DNA of 64,000 nt, taken from the NCBI RefSeq assembly GCF_009914755.1, contig NC_060926.1, one strand, 5' to 3'. Shown in pieces: positions 31,683 through 47,936 of this stretch (positions within the stretch are counted from its first letter, which is position 1; each line of letters opens with the position of its first letter). Both the position numbers and the translations under genes were made by a program. Under the pieces are notes generated by a model. The model was not told the origin of the DNA. It did not search any database and saw only the letters and a list, made by a program, of their open reading frames with translations. The DNA comes from the human T2T-CHM13v2.0 reference genome, Homo sapiens.

Positions 31683-32994
31683 AAGGAAATATTTTTAAAT
31701 AAAATGATAGGATTGAGAAATATGTTGCTTTTTAAGTTAGTGTAGAGAGTACTAAGTAAATAAGACTAATCAGAATAGTTTTTACTATTCAGATTATGCA
31801 ATCAAGTAAATTCCTGGTTGTAGCATCCCTAAAGGGAAGAAATTGCCAGCAATTTGACTAAGTCAGTCTTGTATCCATGTTGTGAAGTCATCGTGGTTAT
31901 TTATTTCATTATTAAAGTACAAAAAGTATACTGATATTTCTGTATTAGTCCATATCAGGTTTCATATAGTTTCAGACTATTAAGTATAAAATATAGTTAG
32001 GTACAAGTTCGATGATTTGAGAGATTCTAGTAAGGGTACATTTATCGTAGCAGGAAAGAAATCAATTATTTCATTAGCTCAGTTTTAGTAAGCAATTTCT
32101 GTCTGAGTATTCTTGAATTCCCTGAATTTATCATTAACCCATCATTAAAATTTGTAAAAATATTCCCTCTCAGGTTAGTTTTGATCGCTTACCAGCAGGG
32201 GTCACTTTAACTCAAGGACCTTTTTCCCTCCTTTACAAAATCTGTGGAATACTCTCAGCCCTGCATTAGTAAATAACATGGGAGTGAATTTAGAGCTCAA
32301 ATTCTCAGAACTTGTGCTGTCTCTGACTTTTGAAGGCAATCTTTTGTGGTTTTTTTAAACCTACCAAATTAGTTTTAAAGCAGTGGAAACATAACCTAAT
32401 CTTAACTGTACATATAGTAACTCAAATTGATGTTGTTTTTTAAGAATAGTAACATTATTTTGATCTCTTGATTATAGAACCTTCCATTTAATTAACTGTA
32501 GTGGTAACTTTTAATTATTTGAATTATAAGAAATGTTTTCAGCTTTATATATTTAGAATGATGTGCAGTGATTTACAAATATCAATTACCAGGAGATCAT
32601 AAACCAACCTAGATGCTATTTTTGAGTGCTTTACTTATATAAGCATTTAGTTATGACAATAACTGAAAAACTCTACTGACTTTTTAAAAATCTGGTACTA
32701 TTGAAGTATGAGACTTTAAAACCGTTGGTTTGAATTAGATAATTTCAAAAAAGTCCATGTTAAAATAATTTAATATCTAAAATTAAAAAAATTCTTTAGC
32801 TTATTAGTTCTGTTTTGATAGTGTTTGTCTGTTACCATCTACTATTCCTCCTTGATACTAATAGGAATACTGGATAGCTAGCTTATGTGACTTGATTATC
32901 AAGTTAAAAATCACACTCAATATAATTGAATATTAGTTGCTATATGATACAGCAGTTGCCCAGGAGCTTTCTTGCCTTTTTTCCAGCTTTTTAA

Positions 32995-33453
<459 letters not shown>

Positions 33454-33571
33454 TAGGTTGCAGACTTTACAGCACTTAACCTAAATACATCAGCACCGTC
33501 TCCTAAAGACGGAATAGTGTTCTTCTTTATAACTACAATACCATTTTCATGTCTAAGAAAATCAGTAGTAA

Positions 33572-33875
33572 TTTTTTTTTTTTGAGACAGAGTCTCGCTC
33601 TGTCGCCCAGCAGGCTGGAGTGCAGTGGTTCACTGCAACCTCTTCCTCCTGGGTTCAAGCAATTCCCCTGTCTCAGCCTCCTGAGTAGCTGGGACTACAG
33701 GTGTGTGCCACCATGTCTGACTAATTTCTTTTTTTTTTTTTTTTTTTGTATTTTTAGTAGAGATGGGGTTTCACCATGTTGGCCAGGCTGGTCTTGAACT
33801 CCTGACCTCGGGCAGTCTGCCTCCCTTGGCTTCCCAAAGTGCTGGGATTACAGGTGTGAGCCACTGCGCCTGGCC
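33572..33875 (-). mobile_element. AluS
   Basis: Antisense Alu with expanded linker; TSD aatca(gt/ac)agtaattt. Confidence 0.92.
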
Positions 33876-34047
33876 AATCAACAGTAATTTGTTAATGCCA
33901 TCTAATATTCATTATATAAGATTATTCCAGTTATCTCCAAGATATGTTTTATGAATAGTGTTTGCAAACCAAGATTTAATCAAGACCTGCATATTTTAAT
34001 TGTTTTAAAGATTAAATACCCATAGAAATTTACTACACTAAATGTAA

Positions 34048-34385
<338 letters not shown>

Positions 34386-35375
34386 CCTCCCATTTTCTGA
34401 TATATGTGTACTTACGTGAATTGTTTTCATTAATAATACTTGCCATTGATAAAGGTGCGGTAGAATGTGGTTGTTAGCAGGAGATGGAATTTACAAGTTG
34501 CTGGTAGGAACTTAAAATGTTTTTGTTATGAATGACAGAGTGGCTGTTACTGTCTCATATTTTACTTATGTGCTTAAGCTAGAATATATAAATATATATG
34601 TTATATGTATATTCTACTTATGAAGAAAAGAAATTTGGTCTAATCAGGCTTTGTATATTTTATTAGAAGTCAATGTGCCCACTTTATGAAAAACATTTCA
34701 GATTTGTAAACGTGAAGAAAACTGATTTTCCTTTAGTATTTTTGGAAACTGGTAACGTTTTTAGAAGTATCAACCCAACTACAAAGATACTCTTATGCCA
34801 ATATTTGAAATTACTCAGGTAGTACATTTCTTTAACATTTTTAAACTATTATACATTTAATAAGACTACAAAATAGAAAATAACATAGTTTTAATGTAAT
34901 TTTTGTTTGGAATATGATAAAGCTGTGTGTGCATGTGTCTGTGTTTTAAGTGATTTTTGGAGGCTGTGTGGTTTGCCTGAAATAGTGCTCATCTAAAAGT
35001 CAGAATGTCTTCATCTTCTACCTTTACTGTGGATAAAATACAGTATAGTTCATAAAATGGCATAATACTTGAGGCACTGGATTTTAGTTTTAGAAACATC
35101 TTTGTTCTAAAATAATCCACTTTGGGGTCTGGTATTTCTTTTAGGATATTCTCATATGTCTTTGCCAGACATTAGGCAGCTTTTTCTGCTGATAAATTTA
35201 AAATCTGTTAACTTATGTTTGTATTTATTTATCTATATCTGTAGATTTCTTCTCTCCAAATATTTTATAGAAGTCATTGATATTTGTCTTCATAAAAGTA
35301 TATGAAAAGTTAACTTTTTTTCCTCTGTAAATCCTTAGGAACTAAGCTCTTGATCTCTTAAATATAGAAAGATAA

Positions 35376-35504
<129 letters not shown>

Positions 35505-35564
35505 TAAGGAGTGGTAATTTTAAAATGTCATTTAGCCACAGAAATTTATGAAACATCAGTAGGA

Positions 35565-36320
35565 AGAGTACGGAGTGCAGAGGTAGAAAGAACGTCAGTC
35601 TTGCCTTTCAGGAAGATGTCAGTCTAATGAAGATAGACAATTACATAAATGAGTGAGGGTAGCAGTGTTGGAGGGCCTGTGAAAGAAGACTGCACTGGAT
35701 ACCATAGGCTGCAAATGAAGGAATTGATTCTTCTTGATTTTGCTTGAGGATAAAGAGTCAGAAAAGGCTTTTATAAGAGAGATGCTTGAGCTAAATCTTC
35801 AAAGGTGAATATAAGTTTGCCTAGATGTCTCTTCTTCTTCTCAACCAGACTTCTTCACTTGGCAGCAAAAATGTGAAGGTGTGAAACTCAATGATGTGTG
35901 TTAGGGGACTTCAAATCGTTCTATGTGGCTCAAATAGAGGGTGGCGTTAGAGTTGTTACATGAGATAAAGTTCGTTGGGTGGGCTAGGGCTTTGCAGGAT
36001 AGATTTGGATTTTGTCTTGTCAGCAGTGGGATTTCTTTGAAGAATAAAATCAATCAACTTTACATCTTAGCTCATTCTGGCAGCATTGTGCAGGATAGAT
36101 TAGAAGGGTACATGCATGGAGGAGAGACACTAGGAGATGAAACAGCTCAAGAAGCAAAGTTTGAGGGCTTTGAGCATGGCAGCAGCAATGGAGATAGAGA
36201 ACGGATGATAGATTTTCAGAAAATCAGTTTGCTAACTGGATGTGGAAGGCTAAATAAAAGGAGGAGTTGAAGACAACACCTAGACTGATTTGATTGGGTA
36301 GATTAAATAACATAGAAGAA
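35565..36320 (-). mobile_element. L2 fragment
   Basis: gagtcagaaaaggcttt...gcttgagctaaatcttcaaaggtgaata...tctggcagcattgtgcaggataga. Confidence 0.65.
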
Positions 36321-36989
36321 TGGGTGGTGGTCTTGGGAAAAAGATATGATAATGGGTTGTAGTTATATTGTGAAATTTACTTTGGGATTTAAGTTTATAG
36401 AATTTAAATACCCTCAAAACAATTCCTAAAATCATGAGAGTGATCGTTCAGTAATAAATACTAAAGGCAAAGATAGGCAGGCTTTTGTCATGTCTAAAAG
36501 TAAGCTGAGATTTTAATTTAGGGAAGCATGGTTATAGTTACATAGAAACTTAACTAAAGTCAGGTTCGTAACATATTAAGAGTTTTAAAATTACATTCTT
36601 CTAAGTTAGTCATAATTGTTTATTTCTTTAAGTAAATTACTTTCAAAATACTATACTACTGACAAAAGTTTAAGATAAATATGTTCTATAAGTAATGAAA
36701 TACTTAAATCAAGTGAAAAACCACTTGTGTGTTTTGGCCTGCATTTAAAGATCTAGGTCTTAAAGAGAGCCGTGCATCTAATTAATAAGACTGTGTTATT
36801 CGTTTATATGTTATTGTTGTTGTAAACAATGTTAGACCTAGGCATTTGTAAAATTAGTTATGATTTGGCCATACTTATTTATAATTGGAGTCCATAACAA
36901 TTTAAAGTGAAGGTTTAAAGAAAGTCTTCCTGTCATCCCTCTTCCATGTTCTCATTACTATACCTGAAAACATACTTACTTGCTCCCCT

Positions 36990-37555
36990 CTAGCTTGCTC
37001 CTGTCTGTGGTATTATAGGTTCTACCTTCTCTAGTCTTTACTGTGTCTCCCCTCTCTCTGCCCTTTACTTAGCCACCAAAGTGATCCTTTTGAAATACAG
37101 ATCTGATCATGCTTTTTGGCTGTCTATATAACCTTTTTTATTTCTCAGTTTTAATTGAAGCCTTTACATTAATATATCCTGCCATGGCTTCATGATCAAG
37201 CAAAAGAGGAAATAATGCTTAGCACAACAAAAGGTGCCCCAGACCCTGCACTAACCGTATGGCTGATTGGTCGGTGTTTATACCACATTGGTTGTTAACA
37301 AAGCACATGCCATATTATTAGTTGTTAATATTTTTAATATAATCTCTACTTCAGGTACAACTCTTAATACATTATATTGACATTATCTAATTTTAGTATA
37401 TTGAAATGATATATATCATTGTGTATATTGAAATAATCCAAAGATGTCCTCTATAAACCAAAGTTTCTCGAATTTAGGGTATGTTTCTTAGTCATTTTTC
37501 TATCACCTGCACTTATCACGTAATAGGCATTTATATGTTGATTCAATTAATCATC
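36990..37555 (+). mobile_element. L2 fragments
   Basis: gccaccaaagtgatccttttgaaatacagatctgatcatg and 3' end cacgtaataggcatttatatgttgatt. Confidence 0.55.
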
Positions 37556-37619
37556 AAATTGGCAAGGGGGTGAACAAATCCTAGATGGCATAGTGCTGAT
37601 TACATTGTCAATAGCACAC

Positions 37620-37790
37620 TTTATAAAATTCTATTCATGACTGTTCGTCAGAGTGGTATCCCCACTTTACAAATGACTCAAAGACTCATTATTTTGACTA
37701 CGGTCCACAAATCATACGTGGTAGAGCTAGGGATGAACCCAGATTTGTCTGACTACAAAGCCCAGGAGTTTTTGCACTGTCTGTAACCAC
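37620..37790 (-). mobile_element. MIR fragment
   Basis: tatccccactttacaaatga...gtggtagagctagggatgaacccagatttgtctgactacaaagccc. Confidence 0.75.
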
Positions 37791-37925
37791 TGCTTTAAAA
37801 TATAGATAATTAATAAATCCTGTTAAATGACACGATTAACATTGAAATAACAGAAAATTCACTGATCAAACTGTCCAGCTAGTAAATTTGGAAGTGAGTT
37901 TAATATTTTAAAAAACCACAATAGC

Positions 37926-38262
<337 letters not shown>

Positions 38263-39956
38263 TTAAAATGTAATTATATTGTTAGGCAACATATTTAAGA
38301 AAAAGTAAAAGATAATATTATCTAGTTGATACTAATGCTTGACCCACCTAAAAGTCAGTATCACTTTTACAATAATTTATTCTTCAAAGCTATCATGTCA
38401 CCTTAGTATCACAGATGTATGTGAGTAATTCTACTAGCATTAATGGAAATTGTGCATATAAATCTCGATGAGTTAAGTGAACATTTACCCTTAAGGATTA
38501 TTTCATATCAGAGTAGTATCATATGGAGTCCGCATGCATTGTATAAAGATAAGTGAATCTTTTGTATAAAGAATAGATAATTTCAACTTCTGCCAAGAAC
38601 ACAACATGCACATTCAATATATAAATGTTTATATATGTATTTCTAATTGTTGTTAATATAGGATGAGTTCCATTTGGGACCAGAAATGAATGTTTTGATG
38701 ATACGTTATTTCTATCTTTATAGATATTAGAAATTGTCTCTTAAAGCGCTAGTTATACTAGGAAGCATCTCTGATAGTTTAAAATAAAAGAAAAAAATCC
38801 CCAAGCGTATCTCTTACTTGTGATCCAGGAGCTCAAAAAGATTGCTAGGTTGATCTCTATCTAACCTGCAGTTCAGTTTGTTTCTTTGTTGTTGTTTTTT
38901 AATGCCTCAGGTATAGCATAGATATCTAATTCTTAGCCTCTGGTTAAGACTTCTATTACTTGGTCTTTTATGTAACACAGTTTCCTATTATAATCAGCAA
39001 AAATGTAGTAAGTAGTATTACAGATTGAGATTCTTATAAAAAATGGATAGAAAAAAACTACCAGTGATAGTTTTAGAAACAGCTAGTTTGCTCTTTGCAC
39101 CTATTTTAAAAGAAGGAAAGGAAGGGCCTACACTTTAAAAACAAACAAAATCCCCAAACCTTAAAGGCTTTTTTAAAAAAGAAAACTTTTTATTTGGAGA
39201 TAATTTTGACTTACTTAAGACTGAAATTCTTTATAAAAATTTTGTATAAATGGTATGACACCTTTTTCTGAATTGGGCTGCTAACACTGAGGCCAGATGC
39301 ATGACTCTTAAATGTAGCAATCATAGGAGTTGAGTCGTTACTACTTTCTGAAAAGTGAGAAAACAGTAAAAGGTTTTCACTCAATTAAGCTTAATCTGCA
39401 GGCAAAGATGTTAATTTAACAGACTTTGAGACTCCATTTATGTTATTTTGGCAATTTTAACTCTCCGGGTGTGATTAAGGAAGCAATTGCTAGTTTTATG
39501 CCAAGAATTCTGGATGAATTAACAATTAATTAAGAAACAACCTTAAACTTGGCATTAACTCCATATTTGGATAGTTCTGAATAGTTTCTATATAATTAAA
39601 AAAAAAAGTAAAACCAGCCACCATGGGTGTTCTTAATGAAATAAAAATTAATGAAGTAATTTTATTATGTGTAAACCATACCGTTGAAAGAAAACCTAAA
39701 CTATGTGTAGTATTAATTACATATAGTGATTTGACTTAAAAAATCAAATTGATAATGGGTTTTGTAAATAAAAAGTTGTTTGTGACATTTGAAAGAAGAT
39801 AAAAGTAGCAAATATTAATATAACTATATATCGTAATATAAATATTTATGTAAATAACACGGGAAGATTTTAAAAATTAAAGTTGTGAAAACTTTTACTT
39901 TCTTTTAGGATTCTAAGTTGGAGTAGCTTCTTGATCTTCTGAAAAACATAGACTAA

Positions 39957-40085
<129 letters not shown>

Positions 40086-40129
40086 TAAAATTGTAAATGC
40101 TTAAGATATCTGTTTTCTGCTTTCTTCCC

Positions 40130-41640
40130 ACATGCACCTATTATAAGGGTGTTTTTCCATGTTGCTATGTACATTTCAGAATTACAGTTTTTCATGTTGG
40201 AATAAATATTAAGTAAATCAGGCAGTCAATTTCAGAAAATTTTATTTCTTTTCCAGTTTTGAAGCTTCTAAAAATAACACTGCATTTGAACAGTTTTGTT
40301 TTCATAACATTTTCTATAGTTTAAATTTTTTCCTTTATGGAAGGTATCCATAAAGTGAAATAAGAGTGTGGATTTTTTTTAACCTTTGATTGTTGAATTT
40401 TTTTCCTAGAGTGTTAAGCCATCTTATAATACATATGTGCCTTCTTTTCCTTGCATCCTTGTTATTCCATGTGGGATTCTTTTTGTTACATTTTTAATTT
40501 ACCAGGGGGAAAACAGTACTTTCTTCTAGTTCATGTTTTTTGAAGCTCCAATGAGACTGAACGTTAACATTTTTTTTATTTTCTAGATCTAATTTTTGTG
40601 TGAATTCGTTGGATATGGTTATTTTTGCCAGGTGGTGGTGGGGGGTGTGCAGCTTCATGTTTTTTTCTTGATACTTTGATGTATCTTTTTTTGAGATTGG
40701 AATTATTAGATGTCCTTTGTCATAAATGTTGTAAGTAATTTTTTTTCCCAGTCAGGCATCTCCTTTTTTAATAGGGATTTTTCTTTTTTGGTGTAAAAGT
40801 TTCAAATTTTTATATCTTTTCCTGTGATTATTTAATATAGTCTAAGCTTAGAAAAGCCTTCCTTCCTCCAGTAATATGATCAGGGCCATTTTCTTCACTC
40901 TCTCTCTCTTATACTAAATGAGAATTAAAAAAAAAAAAAGTCTTTATTACTATTTGTATTTATTTCAATTTTATTATGTGAAAAAGATCTAAATTAATCT
41001 TCACCTCCTGCTCCTCCAATTGTTAACCGGTTGTGGCAGCACCATTAATTAATCTGTGCTTCTCATACATTGATTTGCTATGCCTCATATCTTATATACT
41101 TATCTAAGAAATAGATTCCATTTTAGTGCATCTCAGTCTTTTTTAATGAGCTTTTTGTTCTTGAAAAATTAAATAGATTTCATTGTTGTAGGTCTATTTT
41201 TCCCTCTTGCTATTCAGAATTTTCCTTGTTATCACCATCACCTATTATTCTAGAAAAATTTTAGAAACTTTTCATCATTTTAGGAAGTTCATTGTGTTTT
41301 TTAATTAGAATTGGAATAAACTAGTACATTAATTTGGAGAAATATTGACTGGTTTATAATACTTAGTTTATGCATTTGGGAGCATACGTCTTACTCATCT
41401 TTTTTTGGATGTGTTTTAGATATGTTTCCTAATATATTTCTTTTTAAGATTGTTAGATACTGTTTTTGTTTTATGCATAAGATCGCCTTTGAAAACTTTA
41501 TTTAATAAGAAGTTATTGTTAGTATGTAGGGATGTTGTTGATTTTTGCTTCCCGCCCAATATATCCAGCTACTTTATTCTATCATTCTGCAGTTTTTTAT
41601 TTGATTCTTTATCATAGTTATTATTTCAACAAGTTATTTG
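40130..41640 (-). mobile_element. Ancient L1M(E) fragment
   Basis: T-rich degenerate ORF2 3' motifs (ccggttgtggcagcaccattaatt; attaatttggagaaatattgac). Confidence 0.5.
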
Positions 41641-41916
41641 TTGTATTTACATAAGCAATATGTTATTATGATTAACACTGTGGCATACTTTGAAATAAAG
41701 TGTTTTTTTCTATGCTGAATAGCTTTGCTACGTTGTAATGACCTAAATAGGTTTATTAAACATTCTTAGTGATTGACATGTAAAGTTCCAAAGCTCAATT
41801 TTTAAGAAATCAGTGTATTTGAGCCCAGATCAGAAGGAAAAGAGCAAAATGTATTTTGATTTATTGTTTTGTAGGATAAGACTTATCTGTAATAATAAAT
41901 TTTTTTTTTTTTGTAG

Positions 41917-42072
<156 letters not shown>

Positions 42073-43945
42073 TAAGATTCTAATATCACCAAGCAATTAT
42101 TAAAGTACTAGGCATTAATGTCTCCAAACAGACTGCATGTCTCAAAGTAGTTATTAATTTCAGTTTAGTGTTAAATTTGTGGTAATTTATGATAGTAAAC
42201 TTAAAATATTGTTTTGGTTTACATCCAGAATTTTTAGGAAGTTAGATTGATATGTTGCTCTTGTCTAATCATATATATATTATTATTAAACATTGTATTT
42301 TTCCTAGATTTTTACATTAATGTCAATTTCATGATATTTGTTCTACTAGAGTAAAATAGAAAATTCATTGTCCTCTTACTCTGTGGTGATAATAGTGTAT
42401 GTATAAAGCGTGCTACTAGTGTGTTTTTAAAAGGAAATTGTGTTTAATCGAAGGTATTTGATAAATTATCTATACTGCACCCCCTGTCACTTACTGTTTT
42501 GTGCTGGTATAAAGAAACAGAAAACATTTCACATCTATAACCAACTGAATAATGGTAGGGTGGTTTCTCTCTGTCTTCTTGATGGATTATAAGACTGATT
42601 GATGAGAACTATAGTGAAAATGCCATTTATCAGGACTATGTTTTTTCCTTTCCTTTTAAAGTACATAAACTAACAGTTTCTAGACACTAATCTTTTCTTT
42701 TTTGATTTCAGGGATTAAAATATATCATATACATTATGCTTAATATTAGTTCTTTGTAAATATTTATTTTCATTTCTTTTTCATTGTTTTTTAAGAAAAC
42801 AAATGAACACTTAATTTGGACCCATGTGTTTTAGAATGCCCCACTTTTATGTATTTTTTTCATATCTAATATTAGCCCTTTATTTCTAGGGTTGTCTGAA
42901 TTTAGTGTTAACGTGCAGTATTCTTAAAGGGGAAAATAGTCTAATCTTAGACTTAAATTTTAGTTTTCTTTTGCACTATTTTTAAGTATTGAAAATGTCT
43001 CACTTTTACCCTATTCTGAAATTGGCAAATGGAATTTTAATTTTTTCAGTAAAAGAGAAAGTTTATTCATCTTTCATCTTTTCTCGATAGCTGTTTTGGG
43101 AATTGCTGATATTTTAACTAAATCACTTAAAAATAATTGTGCTATAAAATCCATGTAATGACCAGATGGCTTGAATTTCAGGTCATCTCATTTTTGTTTG
43201 AATTTTTGAAATGTACATGTTTTCCTTCCCAGAAGGAATTTAGCCCTATGTATGTACCCGTTTTTTAGTTTTTAAGTTATAGGGAGTACGTATGTAATTT
43301 GATTAAAGGACTGTTTTCTTAAAACATATGATGTTAGTAAGGCACAAGGACATTTAAAACCTACTCTAGCCTTAAATATTAGAGACTGAAGCTTTAAAAA
43401 ATTGTTCATTGTGTATTTAAATATTTACTTGGATTTCATAATTTCTAAGAAGGGCTTGTAGGGAAATGGAAGGGTGCATTTTGCTTTATCATTTAAATAA
43501 CTGTATATAGAGTTAAATTTGCTTAGTTTCACCTCAGTCGTCTCTCTGCTCACACACACCTCCACATCTGTACACACACCCACACACAGAGGAATTTCAG
43601 TTTTTAGGATCTATCTTTATAATTTCAATTAAGTATGGCTAGTAACTCATTACTAGTTAGTAATGTGTCACATTTCCTGTTAGAATGGGGTAGGATGATG
43701 ACATAATGCTTGTTTGTTGTGCCTCATAATTTTTATAGGGCATGACCTATCTTTTTCTTGTGCATCACTGTTGATGTCTAGTTCATTCTAGATACTTGAT
43801 TTAATAATTGTTGAATGAATGAATGAAAGTGAATACTATATTTTCCTGATATCTTTTATTCTACTTTGTTTATGCCTAATTACTGTGCCACCTGTAAAAC
43901 AGTGTATTTTCATCTTTAGGTATTTGTCAATACATTTTGTCAGGA

Positions 43946-44244
43946 TTTTTTTGTTTGTTTGTTTTTGTTTTTGTTTGTGTTTTGAGACGGAGTCTTGCTC
44001 TGTCACCCAGGCTGGAGTGCAGTGGTGTGATCTCAGCTCACTGCAACCTCTCCCGCCCAGGTTCAAGTGATTGTCCTGCCTCAGCCTCCTGAGTAGCTGG
44101 GATTACAGGCTCATGCCACCACGCCTGGCTAACTTTTGTATTTTTAGTAGAGATGGGGTTTCACCATGTTGGTCAGGCTGGTCTCGAACTCCTGACCTCG
44201 TGGTCCACCCGCCTTGGCCTCCCAAAGTGCTGGGATTACAGGCA
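43946..44244 (-). mobile_element. AluS (Sg-like)
   Basis: Antisense Alu with ctcctgacctcgtg; rearranged 5' junction. Confidence 0.9.
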
Positions 44245-44705
44245 TTATTTTGTCAGTTTTAATTTGAGCCACCGACTGACATGAATGTCAGTAATGCCAG
44301 TTTTGTTTTCTTATATGTCACTATCCATTTACCAATTAAAACTATAAGTGAATCTTCTTTAAAATATGGCATCCAGCTGCCTTCAGATACTGACACTTAG
44401 GCCCAAGCACTATTGCTGTACTTCTAGCAGTTTTGCTTACTCAAACAAAACTTGTATCAAATTTGTCCATTAAAAATAGGTTATAGTAAATGAGACTCAA
44501 TTTAAAGCAAGGGTAAAGAGTTAAAGATTGGCTCCGTTTGAGGTCTCATTTTTTTTTTTTGCTGTTATTTGTTCCTTCTTAGTTATAATTAATTTCTTAA
44601 TGTGCTTTCATTCTGGCTCCCTTTTATTAGATGTGGACATCTTCTATTTTAAACAACCCAGATTGTTATTTGGCAGATTACTTAGATTACTTAGAGCCAT
44701 TTCGA

Positions 44706-45025
44706 TTTTTTTTTTTTTTTTTTTTGAGACAATGTCTTGCTCTGTCACTCAGGCTGGAGTGCAGTGACCTGATGATCATGGCTCACTGTAGCCTCAGCCT
44801 CCCTGGGCTCAAAGGATCCTTCCTCTTCAGCCGCCTGAGTAGCTGGGACTACAGGTGCACGTCACCATGCCTGGCTAATTTTTGTGTGTATGTGTGTGTG
44901 TGTTTTGTAGAGATGGGGTTTTGCCATGTTGCCCAGGCTGGTCTCAGACTCCTGGTCTCAAGCAGTACTCCCACCTTGGCCTCCCAAAGTGCTGGGATTA
45001 CAGGCATGAGCCACTGCGCCTGGCC
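44706..45025 (-). mobile_element. AluJ with (TG)n in the linker
   Basis: tcatggctcactgtagcctc...ctcaagcagt; linker gtgtgtatgtgtgtgtgtg. Confidence 0.9.
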
Positions 45026-47765
45026 TATTTTAAGTTTTTAATACTTGGAAATATCTTCTTTTGGTTTTCTACCAGAAGTTCTAGTATCCCACCAGTTTTC
45101 TGTAGGCACTAATTTTTTGTTCTAATCACTGAAGATTCAAGGATATTTTACTTAGGTAAAATGCCACTCTTCCCACCCTCAATCCTCAATCATCTCTCCT
45201 GCATAACAAGACAAAAGAAAGCACCACCAAGTTTCTTTCTGCTACAGTTTTCATGTGCTAGTTTAGCTCATGTATTTTATTTTGAATTGGGGCATTATTC
45301 ATCTATCCCTTTTTTTTTATTTGTTTATGAAACTCTCTACTGCCTTATTAGCTTTACATTGATTTTTATGAAGTATTCCCAACAATTTAGAGCATTTTTA
45401 TGTGTTGTCTTAGCCATTTTTTCTCTTTGCTTACCCTTCACTCACACCCCAACATAGTTCAATACCTTTGAACACATATGACCCAACAGAACATAGTAGC
45501 CACATAATGAATAATCATACTTTGATTGTTTATCCATGTTTGCTAGTAATGTATTTTAACTTCTCCAAGAGCAGAGCAGAATAAACATTACCTGTCAGCA
45601 CTCATGACAGGTGTTTTGACATTTACCATAGAACTTAAGGTAATATGTTATCATTATTTTTAAAGCATGCTTAAGTTGTTTAATATAATTCAACATGAGA
45701 GTGATTAGGTTCACCAGATGGCCCTTTTATATAAAAAGATTGTCTCTCATTCCTCTTTCATTAGTCTTTCCAGTCCTTCCTCATGAGACAGCTTTAAATT
45801 TGTTTAAAAACCTTGAATTGATGTTTGAAATTTGTGGGGACAGCAGGAAGTAGGGGATCGATGTTGCTACTTTAACATAAAGCAGTTTGAATCTACATGC
45901 AGTCATTTTGGAGTGATTACAAAAGTCACAATTTAGAAGCATTTGATTTTTAAGCCCTACTATTCTTTAATATATTGTATTTTAAGGTAATTCTGGCTAG
46001 AATATTGACAGTTCTGAAAGCTAAAAAGAGAAAAGTTTCAAAAAGTTCAGTCATAAGTCTATGATTTCCTTGTAAAGCCCAGACTGACTCTACTTCTTTG
46101 GGCTTATGAATTTAGAAAGGACATCCAATTTCTTCCTGCTTTGAATTAGAAAATGCATGTTTCTCTGTGGTTTGTCTCCCTGGATCCTAATGTGAACAGA
46201 TCTGTTTCCTCCCTACTGCCAGATATTAGAAATATTAGAAGAGGGTCTAAAGAAAGATGACTTAGGACTGAAAAGTAAGACTTTTTGTCTCATCTCGACA
46301 TAACAGAGGCAAGCCTATTAAATGTTTATACCTGTTACTTCTCATCAGATACATACTTGGCATTCTCTTTTCTCAAATATTCCCAACACAGGTGCCTTGC
46401 ACCTTTTCCTACTCCTCACTCTCTTTTCCTTTCCTTCCACCACTAGGTTCAGGATGGATGAACTGTTTCTGTTTCCTAGACCTGTGGTGCTTTTTCTCTC
46501 TTGGACTCAGAGTCTGACTCTATTTTATATCTACTTGAGCTATGGGCTAAGCTGTTTTCCTTTAAGCACTTGCCACAGCAGTTTTCTGACTTGTTTTCCT
46601 TTTGTTTTGAAACTTTATTTGGCTTTCTACCTCCAACCTCACATCCAACTCAGAATTGTGTTTTATCTCTTCTTCTCACTTTCAGCTGCTTGACCAAAGT
46701 TTTATCTTCTTTACTCATTAACATTCTAATACAAACAGTCCCCTTCATTTTTTTTATTATACCCCATTCTCAAGTAGTTCTAGACTAGAGCTGCTTATAT
46801 CAAATCTTTGCCACTTCTTTTGGATAACACCATCTACCTATAGTGGCAAGTCAGGAAATTTTGATTTAGCCCATTTAGCTTGAAATTATCTTACAGTATT
46901 TGTACAGAACAAGAGTACATCTACATTGTAGTGTTTACTTACTACCAAATTCAACACAACTTCAGAAGAAGAAAATATTTAATTATAAGGTGTTAATTGA
47001 GGCGATAAGATAAACAATTTTTCCTTTAGTTGACTAAAGTTAAAATTTTAATTTCTGTATGATAATGGAAAAAGCATAATTAAAAACTATTTACTAAAGG
47101 TAGTGGAAAAACAGTATTCATTCATTGTCTTTTAAAATAAGAATAACTTTTACAAACAAGAGTACTTGGACTGAATTATATATTTGTATGGGATTAATTC
47201 TAACTAGATCATCAAATACAATTTCTATGGATGAAATTTTCCAATTGAAAGAGATAGTTTATATGTTCATAGTAGTAAGACCTTACCTGTGTTGGTCTTG
47301 TGTTTGTTTATACATTGCTTTATAAAATATTTCTATGTAAGTATGTTTTGTCTCTCATTTAAATCATAAATTTCATAAAATAAACACCACATCTAACATT
47401 CCAAATACTATGTACTCATCTTGTATTCTGGAAGCTTCTCAGTATTGGGGAGTTCCTAGTCGTCACATTTCTTCAAATATGAGTGAGACAGTAATAACAT
47501 ATGAATATATGAGTAAGAATATGATGAGTAAAATAAGAATACTTGTGTGAAGATTATTTCAGCTTATTTGTTTCTCATAGTTAATTCTTTCTGTGCTTTT
47601 TTGAGAATACGGGTAGAAGTAGTTGAGTTTATGAGTCAATTTTATTTCGTGGATAAAAGTTTGAAATTAAGATGAAACAGAAATATTAAAAGTGTTTTCA
47701 GATTTTTGTTATTCAAACTTATTCTCTTGACAGCTTTTTGATACATTTATGATAAATGAGATTAA

Positions 47766-47936
<171 letters not shown>

